The notes beneath the pieces were generated by a model. It was not told the origin of the DNA. It searched no databases and was given only the letters and a program-made list of their open reading frames with translations. Of a stretch of 22,590 bases of DNA, positions 18,301 to 22,590 are shown piece by piece (the stretch's first letter is position 1; every line of letters begins with the position of its first letter). A program made the translations under genes and the position numbers. This stretch comes from a virus (taxonomy: Duplodnaviria; Heunggongvirae; Uroviricota; Caudoviricetes): positions 1 to 22,590 of the IMG/VR virus record IMGVR_UViG_3300014970_000006; one strand, given 5' to 3'.

Positions 18301-18855
18301 ATGCTTATTGGCTATGTACGTGTGTCAACAAATGACCAGAACACAGATCTACAACGTAATGCGCTGAACTGTGCAGGATGCGAGCTGATTTTTGAAGACA
18401 AGATAAGCGGTACAAAGTCCGAAAGGCCGGGACTGAAAAAACTGCTCAGGACATTATCGGCAGGTGACACTCTGGTTGTCTGGAAGCTGGATCGGCTAGG
18501 GCGTAGTATGCGGCATCTGGTCATTCTGGTTGAGGAGTTGCGCGAACGTGGCGTTAATTTTCGCAGCCTGACGGATGCTATTGATACCAGCACACCGATG
18601 GGGCGTTTTTTCTTTCATGTGATGGGTGCCCTGGCTGAAATGGAACGAGAACTGATTGTTGAACGAACAAAAGCTGGACTGGAAGCTGCTCGCGCACAGG
18701 GACGAATTGGTGGACGTCGTCCCAAACTTACACCAGAACAATGGGCGCAGGCCGGGCGATTAATTGCATCAGGCGTTCCTCGCCAGAAGGTGGCGATCAT
18801 CTATGATGTTGGTATATCGACACTGTATAAGAAGTTTCCGGTCGGAGATAAATGA
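18301..18855 (+). CDS. pin: Serine DNA invertase (Pin/Gin/Hin/Cin family)
   Basis: MLIGYVRVSTNDQNTDLQRNAL... with catalytic Ser and C-terminal HTH (GRIGGRRPKLT...); AGGGAG RBS upstream of ATG at 18301; adjacent to the invertible segment. Confidence 0.93.
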   Translation: MLIGYVRVSTNDQNTDLQRNALNCAGCELIFEDKISGTKSERPGLKKLLRTLSAGDTLVVWKLDRLGRSMRHLVILVEELRERGVNFRSLTDAIDTSTPMGRFFFHVMGALAEMERELIVERTKAGLEAARAQGRIGGRRPKLTPEQWAQAGRLIASGVPRQKVAIIYDVGISTLYKKFPVGDK

Positions 18856-18895
18856 AACCGTAGCACGTCGTATGCAAGATCGTGCTGCGGTTTAT
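18856..18895 (+). repeat. Hairpin repeat copy 1
   Basis: CCGTAGCACGTCGTATGCAAGATCGTGCTGCGG: stem GCACG/CGTGC with 13-nt loop; near-identical direct copy at 19873-19912. Confidence 0.6.
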
Positions 18896-18912
18896 GCTTA
18901 TCACTTAAAGAC

Positions 18913-19782
<870 letters not shown>

Positions 19783-19872
19783 CTAATTCTTTGAATTTAC
19801 ATAGTAAAAAAAGATACTTTTCCTCATAGTGTGAGCTAATTTTATGTTTCGTTTGATGATCGGACCGGTCTC

Positions 19873-19912
19873 AAAAACCGCAGGCACGTTGTATGCAAGA
19901 ACGTGCTGTGGC
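19873..19912 (+). repeat. Hairpin repeat copy 2
   Basis: CCGCAGGCACGTTGTATGCAAGAACGTGCTGTGG; direct repeat of copy 1 with about 4 differences. Confidence 0.6.
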
Positions 19913-20067
19913 TGGCTGGGGAACTTCCAATAGTGCGAATATTAAATGATGTCCAGCCGTTACCGTTTTTACGTGTTTATTAGTGAACAAACCACTCGTC
20001 AGCAGACTCCTAGGTATGAACAAAAGTTTTAGCTGAAACTCTATCTGTGGTGCGCGTAACAGAAGTG

Positions 20068-20098
20068 TAATAAAAGGCCCTAGAAAAGGGCCTAAGAT
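20068..20098 (-). terminator. Intrinsic terminator after the small ORF
   Basis: On the minus strand: AGGCCCT-TTTCT-AGGGCCT hairpin followed by TTTATT. Confidence 0.65.
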
Positions 20099-20107
20099 TA
20101 GCAAAGA

Positions 20108-20251
20108 TTATCCTCGATACTTAGAGGCAGGAATTTTGATAGGAAAGGCTGCCAAGCCTTTTTGACGAGCAAAGATCCGTTTACCTTTGACCGTAATAAA
20201 AGGACGGTAAATTGTGATGTATTCCTCAGATACAGCTTTTTCAATGGTCAT
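20108..20251 (-). CDS. Small basic 47-aa ORF downstream of ImmA (below the ORF-track size cut-off)
   Basis: Hand-translated: MTIEKAVSEEYITIYRPFITVKGKRIFARQKGLAAFPIKIPASKYRG; ATG at 20251, TAA at 20108-20110, terminator immediately after. Confidence 0.35.
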   Translation of the reverse strand: MTIEKAVSEEYITIYRPFITVKGKRIFARQKGLAAFPIKIPASKYRG

Positions 20252-20277
20252 ATCGTGTTACCTGTAAAGTTTCGCTG

Positions 20278-20378
20278 TTGACAAAACCTAAGGTAAGCGT
20301 ATACTCACAACCGCCAAGTTTTTCGTATTTGCTTACGATAGGAGAAGCCAGCGACAGCGGTTCGCTGGCTTTTTCGTT
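20278..20378 (+). ncRNA. Candidate small RNA unit: near-consensus promoter plus terminator, convergent with the ImmA/small-ORF transcript
   Basis: TTGACA, 16-17-nt spacer, TATACT at 20278-20306; hairpin AGCCAGCG-ACAGCGGTT-CGCTGGCT plus TTTTT at 20346-20375; no ORF in between. Confidence 0.3.
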
Positions 20379-20910
20379 ATCTTTTTGCATTTTTTCTCAT
20401 CCAGGTTTCAGCCGCTTGTTGACTGACACCAAATGTTTTGCTTATATCTTCAACAGTCATTGTGGGCAAAACTAGTCTTGAGTCAATTAAGAAGTGGCTT
20501 GCAAAAACATCTGCTTGCCATTCGCTGTCTTCATAGATTTTATGCCCTCCACTAGTCTTATTACGTGCATAGATACTTTGATTGCGATGCATGACTAAAT
20601 GACCAAGTTCATGCGCAACAGTGAATCTCGCATGGTTCTCACCATTGCACACTGCATCGTAAACAGATCGCTGTAAAACAATTTTGTTCTTATCTGGATA
20701 AGTCACTGCATAGCGTTTGGGCAGTTCATGATCTTCAACAATTTCTAGCTCAATGCTTTCTGAGGCCATAAGACCTTCTAGTAATACATCCAGTCTCAGA
20801 TATGTGTGATTTGATATCTGAAGAACGTCTCTCAGACGATGAGCGTATGATTTAATCATGCTGGTGCTGAGAGGTGAAACGCGATGGCCAAGTTCTCGTT
20901 TCGCAATCAT
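20377..20910 (-). CDS. ImmA/IrrE-family zinc metallopeptidase
   Basis: HEXXH motif in FTVAHELGHLVMH; 177 aa; directly downstream of and nearly overlapping an XRE HTH gene. Confidence 0.85.
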   Translation of the reverse strand: MIAKRELGHRVSPLSTSMIKSYAHRLRDVLQISNHTYLRLDVLLEGLMASESIELEIVEDHELPKRYAVTYPDKNKIVLQRSVYDAVCNGENHARFTVAHELGHLVMHRNQSIYARNKTSGGHKIYEDSEWQADVFASHFLIDSRLVLPTMTVEDISKTFGVSQQAAETWMRKNAKR

Positions 20911-20913
20911 TAT

Positions 20914-21264
20914 TCAGTCCTTTAACATTTTATTAAGCTTATCGAGTTGCTCTGGACTCAGGTCCTTAAATTTACGAGCAAAAACAAGCATTAGTTCTTT
21001 GTTCTGCTCATTTGCATCCGACATATCAACCTTAATGGACGGTTGAGAAATCTCTGCCTGTTTCTTGAGATTGATGATGTCTTGTCCGCTAAGCTCAAAA
21101 GTTGTTGCAATCGTATTTACTAATGAGTCCGGTATAGCTCTTTTGCCTAATTCAATGGCGGATAAGTAAGCCGAACTAACGCCTAACAGATCAGCCATAT
21201 TTTTGAGCACCATACCCCGGTCTATTCTCATTTTTCTGAGAGTCTTACCAAAGCTAGTTACCAT
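20914..21264 (-). CDS. XRE-family helix-turn-helix transcriptional regulator
   Basis: LRKMRIDRGMVLKNMADLLGVSSAYLSAIELGKRAIP is a Cro/C1-type HTH; GGAGG RBS upstream of ATG at 21264. Confidence 0.85.
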   Translation of the reverse strand: MVTSFGKTLRKMRIDRGMVLKNMADLLGVSSAYLSAIELGKRAIPDSLVNTIATTFELSGQDIINLKKQAEISQPSIKVDMSDANEQNKELMLVFARKFKDLSPEQLDKLNKMLKD

Positions 21265-21546
21265 GTTGCGCCTCCTACAATCCATGCTCACTTATACTAA
21301 AAACCAAACTCAAGATCAACAAAAATTGTAGAATTTTTTAATCTCAGCGTGTGATGACAATCTACATAAAATCATGAAATGGTGCAAGGCGTAACTTAAA
21401 AAATACCACATGTAGTGTCAATTTTATGTGCTGTATGGATATATGGGGTTGGTAAACTTTTGCTCTTTTGTGCTCCTCAGCTATATGGTTGTTTGATTTT
21501 TGAACATCTTGTGGAACATAAATTGGGTTTATGCTTTTCCCTTTCG

Positions 21547-21574
21547 GTGACAACATGTTTATAGGATGTATAAT
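21547..21574 (+). promoter_or_regulatory. Sigma70-like promoter for the Bro-N gene
   Basis: GTGACA, 16-nt spacer, TATAAT; AAGGAGG Shine-Dalgarno 7 nt before the GTG start. Confidence 0.5.
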
Positions 21575-21597
21575 CCATAAAAAAAGGAGGGGATGGC

Positions 21598-22359
21598 GTG
21601 CAAAAGAATTTGTTACAATTATGCTACGAAGGAGAGTGTGGAGAAAATTATATCCGTAGCATGAATGAAAAAGGGCAGATTTTTGTTTCACTTTCAGATG
21701 TGCTAAGAACGCTTTCTGCTGAGAACAGAAAACTGGATGGAAAGACTTCTCAAAGCTTGCTCACTGTAATAAGAGCGGTAATAAAAACTTTAGATCCAGA
21801 TGAGTTTAGGAATGTTTCTCTTGTCGTGGATGGTGAAACTATCTCTGAGGTATTTCTTACTGAACCAGGTCTATATAGAGTACTTGCTCAGGATACTACT
21901 GCTGCGGGGAAAAAATTCCAACGCTGGCTTTTTCATCAGGTCCTTCCGTCTATTCGTGAATTTGGTGTATATCCTCCGCCACCTAAACAAGAACGTTCAG
22001 AACTGAGTGCTTTTGCTAACAGTCTGCAGCAGACGGTTCAAGCATTGGTAATGGAAATAGAAAAACGTGAAGAGTTAGAAAGTAGAGTAAACCAAGTTGA
22101 ACTAAAAGTTAACTCGTTAGAAAGTTTAAGAGATTTGTCTCAGTTCAGAAGTGTTCCTCAACGATTGATGGAGTTAGGTTTGGATACCTATTCAGTTGAG
22201 GAACTTTGGCAATGGTGTGAAAAATTGCGTAGTGAACGTGGAGCAGAAAGAATTAAGTGCCCCTCCGGATTGAATATAAATTCTTGCTATCCATTAGCTT
22301 TGGTTGATGAAGCTATCGCTATATACCAGAAAGTAGTTGAGGCAAGAACACGTCAGTGA
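21598..22359 (+). CDS. Bro-N domain protein (antirepressor-like) with coiled-coil C-terminus
   Basis: VFLTEPGLYRVLAQDTTAAGKKFQRWLFHQVLPSIREFGVY is a Bro-N signature; GTG start with strong SD. Confidence 0.8.
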   Translation: MQKNLLQLCYEGECGENYIRSMNEKGQIFVSLSDVLRTLSAENRKLDGKTSQSLLTVIRAVIKTLDPDEFRNVSLVVDGETISEVFLTEPGLYRVLAQDTTAAGKKFQRWLFHQVLPSIREFGVYPPPPKQERSELSAFANSLQQTVQALVMEIEKREELESRVNQVELKVNSLESLRDLSQFRSVPQRLMELGLDTYSVEELWQWCEKLRSERGAERIKCPSGLNINSCYPLALVDEAIAIYQKVVEARTRQ

Positions 22360-22376
22360 GCTTGAGGGAAAAAAAC

Positions 22377-22404
22377 AAAAAAGCCCGCATAAGCGGGCTT
22401 TTTT
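22377..22404. terminator. Bidirectional intrinsic terminator between the Bro-N gene and ssrA
   Basis: A-run, GCCCGCATAAGCGGGC hairpin, T-run. Confidence 0.8.
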
Positions 22405-22529
22405 GTCACTCGGGAGCCGCGGCTCCTTTGCGTATCCTTTTTTGTCTCCTCACCGTCTGGTCGGTGTCCTGCTGAGACTGCTAACTTCCTGTTTTTATTG
22501 GTGTTGTCCTTACACCGTCCAATCATGAT

Positions 22530-22590
22530 TGGTGGAGCTGGCGGGAGTTGAACCCGCGTCCGAAATTCCTACATCCTCGGTACTACATGC
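22530..22590 (-). ncRNA. ssrA: tmRNA 3' end (tRNA-like domain), truncated by the window edge
   Basis: Reverse complement reads ...GTAGGAATTTCGGACGCGGGTTCAACTCCCGCCAGCTCCACCA, the tmRNA 3' terminus. Confidence 0.85.

Noticed and set aside
19871-20104. 77-aa minus-strand ORF between the GIY-YIG gene and the small ORF
   Set aside because: Overlaps the hairpin repeat and terminator hairpins; low-complexity Leu/Pro-rich translation; no RBS.

Overview
This window is a defective, mosaic prophage-like island, bounded on the left by the 3' end of a tRNA-Thr(CGU) gene and on the right by the 3' end of ssrA (tmRNA, minus strand). From left to right it carries a P4-type tyrosine integrase with an excisionase-like gene, a lambdoid early/replication block (DnaT-like replication protein with embedded iterons, PerC-like, LexA N-domain-only protein, RusA, KilA-N, DUF968-like, Q-like antiterminator with a short PR'-tR' unit), a lysis cassette (holin, GH19 endolysin, Rz/Rz1), an HNH endonuclease and small terminase. 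The large terminase is truncated and joined to a Mu-like baseplate and tail-fibre module, which ends in an invertible tail-fibre segment with a Pin/Gin-type invertase; no head genes are present. Four AT-rich cargo loci are the most interesting candidates: (1) a 261-aa protein with an RNxxxH (HEPN-type) motif between Q and the lysis genes; (2) a 168-aa unknown protein between Rz1 and HNH; (3) a GIY-YIG-like nuclease after the invertase, flanked by ~35-bp hairpin direct repeats; (4) an XRE-HTH / ImmA-type metallopeptidase / 47-aa ORF operon with a convergent sRNA-like unit and a divergent Bro-N gene next to ssrA. All calls rest on reading the sequence and recalled family motifs; no database searches were run.
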